Source of the DNA: Octopus sinensis
Taxonomy: Eukaryota
DNA length: 64,000 nt
Direction: 5' to 3'
NCBI RefSeq assembly: GCF_006345805.1
Contig: NC_043024.1
Span: forward strand, 19,902,001 to 19,966,000
In this document: one piece after another, positions 37,015 through 49,777 of the stretch
Layout of the letters: each line of letters opens with the position of its first letter
Position numbering within the stretch: position 1 is the stretch's first letter
The notes under the pieces: generated by a model
The model's input: only the letters and a program-made list of their open reading frames with translations
What the model was told of the DNA's origin: nothing
Database searches by the model: none
Program-made: the position numbers and the translations under genes

Positions 37015-37822
37015 TGGAGGGATGGTTGGATTTCTTTATTGGCCAAGCAGGGCTGAACACAGAGGGGACAAAATACAAAGTAGAGCTTTTCTTTTTGGGA
37101 AGAAGAGAAGAAAAACAAAAAGTGGATCAAATTCTGATCAAAAGGGATCATGAAAATAAAAAGATAGATATATAGATGGACAGACAGACAGATATGTGAA
37201 CTTTATGTCAGTCAAAATATGTTTGTGATATAATTCAACTTCTAAAGGTAAATTTACTGCAGTTACCATGGAGAAAAACATTCTCTTTTATGGTAGAAAG
37301 TGTAAAAGCACCATATCTGCTCAGTGTTGTCTCCTATCAGATTCCCAGTCAACGTTTCTTGCTCTTTAGCCATTATCAATGGGAAATACAAAAGAGAGGT
37401 AATTCTGGGCAGATGTAACGCTATAACTTTAACTGAAACGCAGTCAACAACATGGATTTAGTTGCACCATAGGACCACCAGGTTGGAAGAAATTCAGCGA
37501 TGCAAGCACCAAGCAGTCTTTGGGCATAAGAGAGCTTTAGGTTAAAATTTGTTTGCAACATATTTCAGCTTTTAAAGGTAAATTCACTGCACTTTCAGTG
37601 GAGAAAACATATTCTCTTGTGGTAAAAGGTGTAGAAACACCATATCTGTTCATCACAAACTTCTTTTAACTAACCTCAAGTTTGCTTAAGACTAAACACT
37701 GCTTGGTGCTGATACTCCTGAATATATAACTATCTATAAATAAATAAATATATATATATATATATATACGTTTAAATATTTGTTGTGCAAGATTTTTTAA
37801 GTGAAGTCGTGTGTTGAAACAG

Positions 37823-38089
37823 ATATTGTTGTATTTAGGAATGGTCATTTTGCCAGTTTAGCCAATAAAAACACATGCACTATATATTTGGTGTTACTTT
37901 GCTTCAGTGTTATTTATTTTTTACATTAATCTTAATCTTATTTCGGCCTCAAAATACTTGATCCACCGAAATAAGATTAAGATTAATGTAAAAAATAAAT
38001 AACACTGAAGCAAAGTAACACCAAATATATAGTGCGTGTGTTTTTATTGGCTAAACTGGCAAAATGACCATTCCTAAATACAACAATAT
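37823..38089. repeat. Near-perfect 124-bp inverted repeat with a 19-nt loop
   Basis: Arms 37823-37946 and 37966-38089; one mismatch seen (cacatgcac vs gtgcgtgtg). Confidence 0.95.
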
Positions 38090-38935
38090 ATATAATATAA
38101 AAGAGTCAAAGAGATGTTGATTCTCTTGAGAATCAACATCTATTGAAAAGGCTGCAAGAAATTTTACCAGTGAGTGTGTAAATCATAAGGCACTAAAAAA
38201 TAATGACTCTCCCCAGACACAAAAGTATATTCATATGTATATTACACCCAAACTCATGAAGCATTGCATATTTTTTCAATGGTGTTCAGAAGAGCATCCA
38301 GCTGTAGAAACCATGCCAAATCAGATTAGAACCTGGTGCAGCTCTCCGGCTTACCAATTTCAGTCAAACTGTCCAACCCATGCCAGCATGGAAAGCAGGT
38401 GCTAAATGATGATGAGGATATATATATATATATATAAATAATACTAGTTGGAAAGACGGTAGGGTTGGCAACAGGAAAAGCATCTCTACGGAGAGTATTG
38501 CTTTGAAATGTCTCATCTAACCTCTCTACCAGCTTGGAAAATGCGGATGCAAATCTAGTGGTTGTCATGTCTGCTGGTGATTGCAGCAATTGCAGTGAAG
38601 TGCGATATTAATGATGATGATCATCATCATAATATATGTACACGTACGCACGCACGTATACACACACACGCATGCACAAGCTATTAACGTCATTTTGCTG
38701 TGACACTATATACACTTTATCTTTCTTGTAGACCTATCTGTTCTCATATACACTCGGGATTTAGATATGTATTTGTGCTTTCAGGCAAAGAGTAATTAGA
38801 TTACCAACATCTTTATAATAACAATCATAATAATAATAATAATAATAATAATCATAATAATAATAATAATGATAACAATGATGATACAATGATGATGATG
38901 ATGATAATTATTGTTCTTATGTGTATATCCATGTG

Positions 38936-38966
<31 letters not shown>

Positions 38967-38998
38967 TTGTATCTACTATCTATTTATCTATCTGTCTG

Positions 38999-39740
38999 TA
39001 TTCTATCTCTACATATGTATGCATGTATGTATGTATGTATGTATATATATGTATGTATAAATGTACGTATGTATAAATGTATGTATGTTTGTATGTATGC
39101 ATGTATGTATGTATATATGTATGTATAAATGTATGTATGCATGTATGAAAGTATGTATGTATAAATGTATGTATGTATGTTTGTATGTATGTATGTATAA
39201 ATGAATGCATGTATGAAAGTACGTATGTATGTATGTATTCTATCTTTACATATGTATGCATGTATGTATATATATGTATGTATAAATGTATGTATGTATG
39301 TATGTATGTATGTATGTATGTATGCATGTATGCATGTATATATGTATGTATAAATGTATGCATGTATGTATATATGTATGTATAAATGTATGCATGTATG
39401 AAAGTATGTATGTATAAATGTATGTATTTATGTTTGTATGTATATATGTATGTATATATGTATGTATGTATGTATGTATATATGTATGTATGTATGTATG
39501 TATGAAAGTATGTATGTATAAATGTATGTATGTATGTTTGTATGTATGTATGTATATATGTATGTATGTATGTATGAAAGTATGTATGTATAAATGTATG
39601 TATGTATGTATGTATGTATGTATGTATGAAAGTATGTATGTATAAATGTATGTATGTATGTTTGTATGTATGTATATATGTATGTATAAATGTATGCATG
39701 TATGTATGCATGAATATATGAATATGTGAATGTATGTGTC
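38999..39740. repeat. (GTAT)n array with higher-order structure
   Basis: tattctatct(c/t)tacatatgtatgcatg recurs at ~38999 and ~39237; repeated gaaagtatgtatgtataaat. Confidence 0.9.
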
Positions 39741-40203
39741 TATGCATTGCTTTCCATATCTCTAGTGTCGTCAATAAAATATTTACTATTAATGGTGTAT
39801 AGTTAAACTCATTTGAGGATGTCTCTTTCCTAAAACAAATTGGTTTTTGGAAGTCAGCAGAAAGACAAAAAAATTCCGAAAATATATAAAAAACATTAAA
39901 ATTGTTGAGTAATGTTTAGGAAGAGTAAATCGTACGAAATTCACCTTGCTATGTCTTTCTGTATGTGTGTGTCCGTGTGTCCCCCCAAACATATATAGAT
40001 AGATAGATAGATATAGATGCATAGATTTTTATGTATATACTTATACCCAGACACAGCTCTCTGTATATACACATATACATATATAAACACTGGCAAAACC
40101 ATGTATGCATACATACAGATATATACATGTGTATGTATATGGATATATGTGCAAATGTGTGTATATGCATTTCTCTCTCTCTCTCCCTCCCTCCCTCCCT
40201 TTA

Positions 40204-40234
<31 letters not shown>

Positions 40235-40356
40235 ACACGCACATACACACATATAGGCTTGATGAGACATGAACAATAACAGAAGTTAAAACATGAGTAT
40301 ATATATATTATTTTATTGATAGACGGCAGTAGTAACAGAATAACTCAAGAGCCCGG

Positions 40357-40390
<34 letters not shown>

Positions 40391-40629
40391 TTACACGTGT
40401 ATGTGTGTCTATACAACCACATCAACACAGCCATCCATCATCCATGCATATGTACTTACATACACACACACATACATGCATATATATATATAAGTATATA
40501 TATGTATATAGATATATATATATTTGTATATATGTATATAATAACAATGATAATAATAATAATAACAATGATGATACAATGATGATGATGATGATGATAA
40601 TTGTTGTTCTTATGTGTATATTCATGTGT

Positions 40630-40634
40630 ACACG

Positions 40635-40676
<42 letters not shown>

Positions 40677-40721
40677 TTGTTTGTGTGTGGCTTGTATGTA
40701 TATATGTTTGATATATATATA

Positions 40722-40761
<40 letters not shown>

Positions 40762-40779
40762 TATACATACATACATACC

Positions 40780-40815
<36 letters not shown>

Positions 40816-40851
40816 ATATATAATATATATCTACATATATACATATACATA

Positions 40852-40902
<51 letters not shown>

Positions 40903-41019
40903 TATAGTATTATATATATATATATTGTATATATATAATATATATATGTATATAATATAATATATATATGTATATATATATGTATATACATATATATATA
41001 TATATACATACATACATAC

Positions 41020-41070
<51 letters not shown>

Positions 41071-41157
41071 TATATATATTTAATTTATATATATATATAT
41101 TATATATATATATATATATGTTATATATGTATATATATATATATATATATATAGGTA

Positions 41158-41191
<34 letters not shown>

Positions 41192-41490
41192 CCATATATA
41201 TATATATTATATATATATATATATTACTATATATATATATTATATATATATATATATATAATATATTATATATATATAATATAAATATATAATATATATA
41301 TATATATATATACATACATATCTATATCTATATGTATACATATATATATATATATACATATGTCATACATATATATATATATATATTATAATATAATATA
41401 TATATATTATATATATATACATACATATATATATATATATACATACATATAATAATAATACATCATATATATATATATATATATGTATGT
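40630..41490. repeat. (AT)n-rich block
   Basis: Direct reading. Confidence 0.95.
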
Positions 41491-41720
41491 AACAGAGAGC
41501 GATAGAGACCAATCCCCAGTTCCATGTGCATCCGTGCATGTGCACATGTGCATCTCGATGGAGACATATCGTGCATCTGCATAAATGAATGCGCTCATGG
41601 AATTGTCTTCTGCATGCAATTATTCTTGTCATAGTTTAAATAAAGCGTTAAGCCAAAGACTCTTCTAGAATTCTACATCCTACAACATCTCTCTCTGTCT
41701 ACGCTTATAACAGAAAGCAT

Positions 41721-41772
<52 letters not shown>

Positions 41773-41780
41773 TCACACAT

Positions 41781-42160
41781 CTTTTATTTGTTTCAGTCAT
41801 TAGACTGTGGCCATGCTGGGGCACCACCTTAAAGAATTTTAGTCGAATGTATGGACCCCTCCCAGTACTTTTATTTTATTATTTTTTTCTTATTCTATTG
41901 GTGTCTTTTGCTGAACTGCTAAGTTACGGGGATGTAAACACACCAACACTGGTTGTCAAGTAGCGGTGGGAGACAAGCACACACACACACACACACACAC
42001 ATATATACAAAGGGCTTCTTTCAGTTTCTGTCCACCAAATCCACTCTGAAGGCTTTGGTTGACCCAACGTCATCGTATAAGAGATTTGCCCAAATTACCA
42101 CACAGGGGCACTGAATCCATAACCATGTTTTTTGGAAGCAACCTTCCTTGAGCACATCAA
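41781..42160 (-). mobile_element. SINE-B, diverged
   Basis: Family tail and body. Confidence 0.8.
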
Positions 42161-42334
42161 TCTCAGTACTTTTTTTTTATAAGACTTATACTTATTCTGG
42201 TGTGGAGGTGCAATGGCCCAGTAGTTAGGACAGCAGACTCGCGGTTGTAGGATTGCAGTTTCAATTCGCAGACCAGGCATTGTGAGTGTTTATTGAGCAA
42301 AAGCACCTAAAGCTTCATGTATATATATACACAC

Positions 42335-42748
42335 AGGCGCAGGAGTGGCTATGTGGTAAGTAGCTTGCTTACAAACCACATGGTTCTGGGTTCAGTCCCA
42401 CTGCGTGACATCTTGGGCAAGTGTCTTCTGCTAAAGCCCCGAGCCGACCAATGCCTTGTGAGTGGATTTAGTAAATGGAAACTGAAAGAAGCCAGTCGTA
42501 TATGTGTATATATATGTATATATATATGTGTGTGTATGTTTGTGTGTCTGTGTTTGTCCTCCTAGCATTGCTTGACAACCGATGCTGGTGTGTTTATGTC
42601 CCCGTCACTTAGTGGTTCGGCAAAAGAGACCAATAGAATAAGTACTGGGCTTACAAAGAATAAGTCCCGGGGTCGATTTGCTCGACTAAAGGCGGTGCTC
42701 CAGCATGGCCACAGTCAAATGCCTGAGACAAGTAAAAGAGTAAAGAGT
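42335..42748 (+). mobile_element. SINE-B, full length (preceded by a SINE-C head at ~42204-42317)
   Basis: Family head, body and tail. Confidence 0.9.
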
Positions 42749-43236
42749 AATATACATATATGTATACGCACACACACAAACACACACACACACACATATG
42801 GCCTGCTAGTTAATTGTGACATCAGTGATTTTCCAGTAACAGCTGATTTTGTCTTAGACATAACATGTGGTCGCTAGTGGATTCTTGCTCCTGACGAAGC
42901 CTAAAGAGAGAGAGAGAGCAATATACATTTAACAGTGCTGCCACTAAATGATTTCTATCTGATGCTGATGCCGTTCTGTGTTTTTTATCACTATATATCT
43001 ATAAGAGATGCTAGATGGACACATGAAGTTTTTAGGCTTTCAATGTTGTATATGCTTTCAGTATGATACACATGTTGCTATTTATATCTGTACATCTATA
43101 GCGAATTTCTTAAACAGACAGCCATATATATATATATATATATATAAAGGGAAAATTTATGAAAATAAACAAAAGACGAAGGCAGGTGGTGTACAAACAA
43201 ACAGATGTATTAGTATAGCGCTCAGGAATAGAAAAA

Positions 43237-43279
43237 GTCTTTTACCGTTTCGAGCCTACGCTCTTCTACAGAAAGGGAC
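43237..43279 (-). ncRNA. Minimal type I hammerhead-like motif within a ~210-bp element (43140-43350)
   Basis: RNA CUUU-CUGUAGA-A-GAGC-GUAG-GCUC-GAA-ACGGU-A-AAAG; core has A6>U. Confidence 0.5.
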
Positions 43280-43380
43280 ACAGAAGAAAAGAAGGAGAGA
43301 AACAAGGAGAGAAAAAAAAGTGTGTAGTGGCTAACGATCTATCATGGCGTCATATATATATATATATATACATACATAGA

Positions 43381-43637
43381 ACGGCTAACCGGCTTCTGTG
43401 CCAGTGGCACATAAAAGGTACCATTTGAGTATGATCATTACCAGCGTCGCCTTACTGGCACTTGTGCCCCATGCTAGTAGGGTGCTAAGAGCACCATCCG
43501 AGCGTGATCATTGCCAGAGCAGCTAATTGGCTTCCGTGCCGGTGGCACGTAAAAGGCACCATTCGAGCGTAATCGTTACCAGCGTCATCTTACTGGCACT
43601 TGTGCCGGTGGCATGTGTAAAAACATTCGAGCGAGGC
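43381..43637 (+). mobile_element. RTE 3'-UTR internal repeat array, cut by the gap
   Basis: Reverse complement of the 35490-35720 units. Confidence 0.8.
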
Positions 43638-43737
43638 NNNNNNNNNNNNNNNNNNNNNNNNNNNNNNNNNNNNNNNNNNNNNNNNNNNNNNNNNNNNNNN
43701 NNNNNNNNNNNNNNNNNNNNNNNNNNNNNNNNNNNNN
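43638..43737. other. Assembly gap (exactly 100 N)
   Basis: Direct reading; a round size suggests a placeholder of unknown true length. Confidence 0.99.
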
Positions 43738-43775
<38 letters not shown>

Positions 43776-44406
43776 ATATACTCCATGCGACAGACCAGCC
43801 TAACAGAATGCCATGATTTCTATAGCAACACATGTAGGCGTAAATATACTGGTCGAAACGTACAATGTGTAAATTGAATGTTATTCACCTATTGATATAG
43901 TTGGTGCATAACAGCAGACAAAGAATGAAAAATTATAATTTTATGCAACTTTATTCAATGACAAACGTTTCGAATGTATTGCACAACTATTATCACACCA
44001 CATGATGGCTTGTGTCCTTAACTAATCAAATGATTTGTAATCAATCAATTAAGTAACTGAACAGTTATATTACAACCCTTCCGAACAGAGCATAAATGTA
44101 TTACTAGAATTTTTGTAATCTGGTACAAGCAAAATTTGAGGAATGGAGATTGCAGATAAGAGGCATAGTCGATTACCTCCCCTGATTTATTATCACTATG
44201 CCAAATGCACCATCTTGCGAATTCATAATGTCATCAAGTATTGAGGAATGTTAGTTTATGAGAACATAGCTTAGGGAAAGTAATTGTTGTCAAATTGTTT
44301 AATTTGCTGACCGGGCTGTGGCAGAAATAAGTATGAATTAGACAAGAGGAAGAGGGACAATAATCGCAGGAAATGCAAATTGGCACAAAATAATATGGAG
44401 TAGAGT

Positions 44407-44709
44407 GGGGGCACATGGCCTAGTGGTTAGAGAAGCGGACTCGCGGTCGAGGAATCCCGGATTCGAATCTGAGACCGGGCGATGTGTGTATTTATGAGCG
44501 AAACACCTAAACTCCACGCGGCTCCGGCAGAAGGTAATGGCGAACTTCTGCTAACTCTTTCGTCACAACTTTCTCTCACTCTTTCCTCCTGCATCTTACA
44601 GCTCACCTGCGATGGACCGGTGTCCCGTCTAGATGGTGAACCTATACGTCAAGGAAACCGGGAAAATGGCCCGTATGAGCCAGGCGTGGCTCGAGAAGGA
44701 ACAAATAAC
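44407..44709 (+). mobile_element. SINE-C, tail type 2, full length
   Basis: Flanking repeat atatggagtag (44393-44403 / 44710-44720). Confidence 0.9.
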
Positions 44710-46170
44710 ATATGGAGTAGTATTTACGAGTTAATAATTAATTTCTTACAGGCGGCGACCTGGGAGAATTGTGAGGACGCCGGGTAAAAACTGAGGGACA
44801 TTTCATCCATCTTTACCTCCTGAGTTCAAACGCCGCCAAGGTCAACTTAGACTTTCATCAATCTTTTAAAACAAGTAGTAACGTTTATGTAACCGACTTA
44901 AACCCCTTTCCCGAAAAAGCTGGCACTGGGCCAAAGTTTGAAACCAATCGTTCACTTCTTTATTTATTTCAGGTAATATTACGGTTTCTACGATAAAACT
45001 GAATTCAATTAAATACAAATATATTCAACTTTATAAAAAAGAAAATTGAATTACGTCCGGCGCAATACTTAAATATAAAATTTAAAATTACGTTGTAATT
45101 TAATTTATTTGTTGGAAGGGAGTATGTCGATAACATCGACCGAACTCTTTCAATGATACTTAGTTTATCGATCCCGAACAGATAAAAGGTAAAGTCCATC
45201 TCGGCGAAATTTGGACTCAGAATATAAAGACAGACGAAATTCTGCTAAGCATTTTGTCCGGCGTGCCTTAAATAATTGGTTTCCTAAATTATTTTGTATG
45301 AAACTTGATATAGCTAATTCGTGAAATGTGTTAAGTTTGCAGACAGGCAGAATCGTTACCATGCCGGTAGAAATGCTTAACGGTATTTGGTCCGTCTTTG
45401 CGTTCTGAGTTGAAATTTCGCTGAGACCGACTTTGCATTTCATCATCTCTGGAGTCTATGAAATAAGTAGCAATTGAATAGTCGGGTGTCGACGGAATCG
45501 ACTTAACCAATCCCCTGTTCTTGCTGGGATTGTGCAAAACTTTAAAATCAATATACGAGATGAATTAGAATGATATTTCCTCAAAGTTGTCCTTGTTTGT
45601 AAGACTTGGGCTTTGCTTCAGTACATCGATGGATGTTTTTATAAACACAAGTGACGGGGGATATATCATTACGATAGGTACACTATTATAGGAATCATTA
45701 CAGCTTTTCAGCAATCACAGCAACTTCTGTGTTGGTAATCTTTATACGTTTTGATATTTTAATAACGTCATTTCATGCAGAGATATCTCCCCCATGTTTG
45801 ACAATGATATCCCCACCGGAGGATTGTGTCAATCTTATTTAACCTTGACCAATATCTGGTCAATTTTACATCATATTTCCGTTTCTTTGAAGTGGTTCTA
45901 TCCTGAAATTTGGCCGCTTTGCCTTTCTCCGTGGTTTGATTATAGCGGACGTATATGCCAAACCTTTCCTCTCTATATATTAATACCAAGCTCAGTTGCC
46001 AAACTGAGCTAAAGAAATCTTTATAGAATTAATTTGTTGAAAATGCAAATAAAGAGAGAGAGAGGGAGAGGGGGTGAGACACACACATACACTCACAAAC
46101 ACATGTACACACATATACACACATATATATATATACATACATATTACATATAGATATATTACATATATAT

Positions 46171-46553
46171 ACTCTTTACTCTTTTACTTGTTTCAGTCAT
46201 TGGACTGTGATCATGCTGGAGCTCCGCGTTTAGTCGAGCAAATCGACCCCAGGACTTATTCTTTGTAAGCCTAGTACTTATTCTATCGGTCTCTTTTGCC
46301 GAACCGCTAAGTTACGGTGACGTAAGCACACCAGCCTCGGTTGTCAAGTGATGTTCGGGGGACAAATACAGACACACAAATATATATACACACACAAAAA
46401 TATATATATATATATATACGACGGGCTTCTTTCAGTTTCCGTCTACCAAATTCACTCACAAGGCTATAGTAGAAGACACTTGCCCAAGGTGTCACACAGT
46501 GGGACTGTGCCCGGATCCATGTGGTTGATAAGCAAGCTACTTACCACACAGCC
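46171..46553 (-). mobile_element. SINE-B
   Basis: Family tail, body and head. Confidence 0.9.
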
Positions 46554-46562
46554 ACATTTTGG

Positions 46563-46594
<32 letters not shown>

Positions 46595-47255
46595 TACTAT
46601 ATATTTATATAGGTATGAATATATGTATATATATATATTCTTTCATTATTTTATTATTTTATTGGTTTAAGTCATTTGAATGCGGCCATGCCGGAGCACC
46701 GTCTGTAGTCGAAGAAATTGACCCCGGGACTTATCATTTGTAAGCCTAGTACATCTTCCATCGGTCGCTTTTGCCGATCCGCTAATTTACGGGGTGTAAA
46801 CACACCAACATCGATTGTCAAGAGAAGGTGGAGGGCAAATGCAGACACACAAACACACACACATGTATAAAGATTCAGGTGAATAAGGTGCTGAAATGGT
46901 AAGGCAGCGGGTTGGCTCAAGATAACCAAAACGCATACACAGCAACTATAGAGGAAAACATACAACGGCACCAAAGTACAGGCAGAAAGATATTCAGGTT
47001 GTGTATATAATTGAACGCAACTGAGTATATTATCAGCCCTTAGGCTAATTGAGAAATGCACATTGTATTAAATATACGGTCCATAATATAATTTGGAACA
47101 CGTGAGAAGCAGATTCGGAGAAAAGTGACTCATAAATAACTAAATAACGGACAATGGATAGGTGTAATTTCATTACAGCTGTTTCCAACGAGCTTTATTA
47201 ATTAATTGATGAGGGCAATATTTCATCATAAAAAACCGTTTTTTTCAGAAGACTA

Positions 47256-47369
47256 CAATAAACCCCCGACATATCGCGGTTCACCTACAGCGTTCCACCT
47301 ATCCCGGTTCACATTTCGCGGTTTATTATTTAAGCTTACGTCGATTCCTCTGTGGTGTTGTTTTGCATT

Positions 47370-47452
<83 letters not shown>

Positions 47453-47475
47453 TAATGATGATGATGATGATAATA

Positions 47476-47506
<31 letters not shown>

Positions 47507-47622
47507 CAAATTATAAAATAATAATAAGCATATATCGTATAGTAATGCTTCTACTTCGCGGATTTTCAGCTATCGCGGTGGGGGTTTTGTAATGTAATAC
47601 TCGCGATAATCGAGGGATGCTG
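47256..47622. mobile_element. pogo/Tigger-type MITE with an internal (ATA)n tract
   Basis: TA flanks (47254-47255, 47623-47624); diverged TIRs caataaacccccgacatatcgcgg / tcgcgataatcgagggatgctg. Confidence 0.55.
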
Positions 47623-48485
47623 TACACGTACTATAATGTTAAGGGCATTTAAAAGTACTTAAAATCTACGGCATTTTCATATTCCACGATCATTTCTGGT
47701 CACAGAATGAGCTAGCCCCAAAATTATAAAGATTCTTCATATATGTAGGAAAGTTGTATTTAAGATTTATAGTCTTGAAGTATTTAGTTGCCATGTATAT
47801 ATATATATTCCCTAATATTTATTATATATATATATATATAGAAAGATGAATAATCTTGTAGATTAATCAAAAGTTTAACCGATACCTTGGTAGCAAAAAA
47901 AGCCACAATATGGTATCCTTATTCAATCAGAATTTGGAAAATTGTGGCTTTTGAAACATGTGTAGAATGCAATAAAAGCAATTCTGTTCAATCTTCGTTC
48001 AACTCCATTTCTTCAATTCACTAATAATATTATATATATATATATATAAAACATACTTGAAACACGCATTGAGTCGAAACAGGGGCAGCTGAAGAAGGGG
48101 AATGTTCCTTGTGTTGTTTGTCTTGTGGTCTGTTTTTTCGTTGTTAAAAAAAGGCCGTTTCCTTGTTTGGTTTTGTGTTTTCGTTTCTCGTTGTGTTCTA
48201 CGTTTATTTGTGGTGTCCTGTACTCATATATGCATGTATATATACATATATGCATGTATATATACATATAGATGTAGGTATGTACATATATGTTTTATTT
48301 ATTAAATTGTTATTATATATATATATATAATATATATATATATGTATATATATTATGTATGTATGCATGTCTTTATTTTCGTACGCATTCGCAAGCTTTC
48401 TTATAAAGGGTTCTAATGCTCTTAGTTTAGACTTTTGGGGGGACAACCGGATCGAACCATCTCAAGTGTAATGGTCGAGACTGCT

Positions 48486-48601
48486 GGTACTTGACTGATG
48501 AAAGAAAGCCAAGAATAACCTGTGTTTTTCTGCTTGTCCTTCTAACTGTTGTTTCTCTTGCCCGCCATTTTGTCGTCTATCTGTCCGAACGTTTTAGTAC
48601 C
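48486..48601 (+). ncRNA. Type I hammerhead-like motif with a long stem II insert
   Basis: GGUACUUGA-CUGAUGA-A-agaaag..(72 nt)..cugucc-GAA-CGU-U-UUAGUACC; stem I 8 bp with one bulge; one A of GAAAC missing. Confidence 0.5.
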
Positions 48602-48625
48602 CTCTATTGCGTTTTTGTTCCACAT

Positions 48626-48676
<51 letters not shown>

Positions 48677-48678
<2 letters not shown>

Positions 48679-49180
48679 ACTTAGAATAACTTAGAAAGGT
48701 TTTGGCCATTATTGGCCCAGGCCATGTCTAACTTAATAGCATCACCTGGCGAAGTCTTTCAATTCAGCATTTGGGCACCGAGGCTCATTCGAGCAGAGAG
48801 TTATTGTTTGCGGAGACATATCCGGGTGTGGGTGGTTTGTCCGAGACTGTTTGAAGGAATTTGTCCAAAGACTTCTTGAATTTTGTGTCGTCAGTTTTAG
48901 TTTTGACGTGTCCTGGTGTAATGTTGAAGAGAGCGGGTCCAATTGAGGTGAAATAATTGTGCCGTATTGTCGCTATGTGATGCGATTTGGATTTTTGTTG
49001 TGGACGGATGGCACGTGGTCCAAGCCTTGGATGTATGTTGAAGGTGATGCCAACATCATTCGGACAGTGCTGATGGAATATTTTCCACATCATACAGGTA
49101 ATGTAGCGTTCACGGCGTCGTTGGAGTGAATACAGTTTCAGCTTCTCTAGTCTACCCCAGTAGTCAAGGTCTGACTACTG
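48677..49180 (-). mobile_element. CR1-like LINE 3' end
   Basis: LDYWGRLEKLKLYSLQRRRERYITCMMWKI...IGPALFN...KFKKSLDKFLQTVSDKP...NNSLLE; (TTCTAAGTTA)2 tail. Confidence 0.9.
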
Positions 49181-49733
49181 TGGGTAGTGGATATATATGT
49201 GGATCGTATAGCTATGTATGTAGTTTCCAAGACGTGGTTCTCGATGTATCGAAAGACCAAAGTGGTGCATTTCAGTGAGCAAATCACCGTTCCAGTACTG
49301 CAGCATGTATTGCGTTGTTAACACGTTTCGTACATTTGAAATAGTCCAATATATAAAACAGAGAACAGACAATATAAGAAATAAAATGGTTTAATATAGA
49401 TTTCAAAGATATTACATGATCTGCCTTTAGCAAAGAAAGGAGATAATTTAAATTAGTAAATTTATAAACATTTATTTCCTTTGAGGAGACCGTGGCAGTG
49501 GTAGCGTGTTGGGCACATAGCCTCAGAATATATAAATCGAAAATACACTACACTGGTTTTATATTCATACATCGTTAATGAGTTTTTCTACAAATATAGA
49601 CACCATACCCCACCACACACACATGCACACTCGCTCGCACACCTACAAACACACACACAGACACACATATTTATATATATATATGTTTATATATATATAT
49701 ATATATATAATATATATATATATACATATATAC

Positions 49734-49777
<44 letters not shown>

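Noticed and set aside
45990-46012. 9-bp hairpin agctcagtt-gcca-aactgagct
   Set aside because: It is too short for a miRNA precursor and has no CTAG terminus; an isolated match is compatible with chance.
48070-48110. Family G motifs CGAAAC and CTGAAGA as a hammerhead
   Set aside because: The motifs are in the wrong order with only 8 nt between them, so no type I, II or III fold is possible in these copies.
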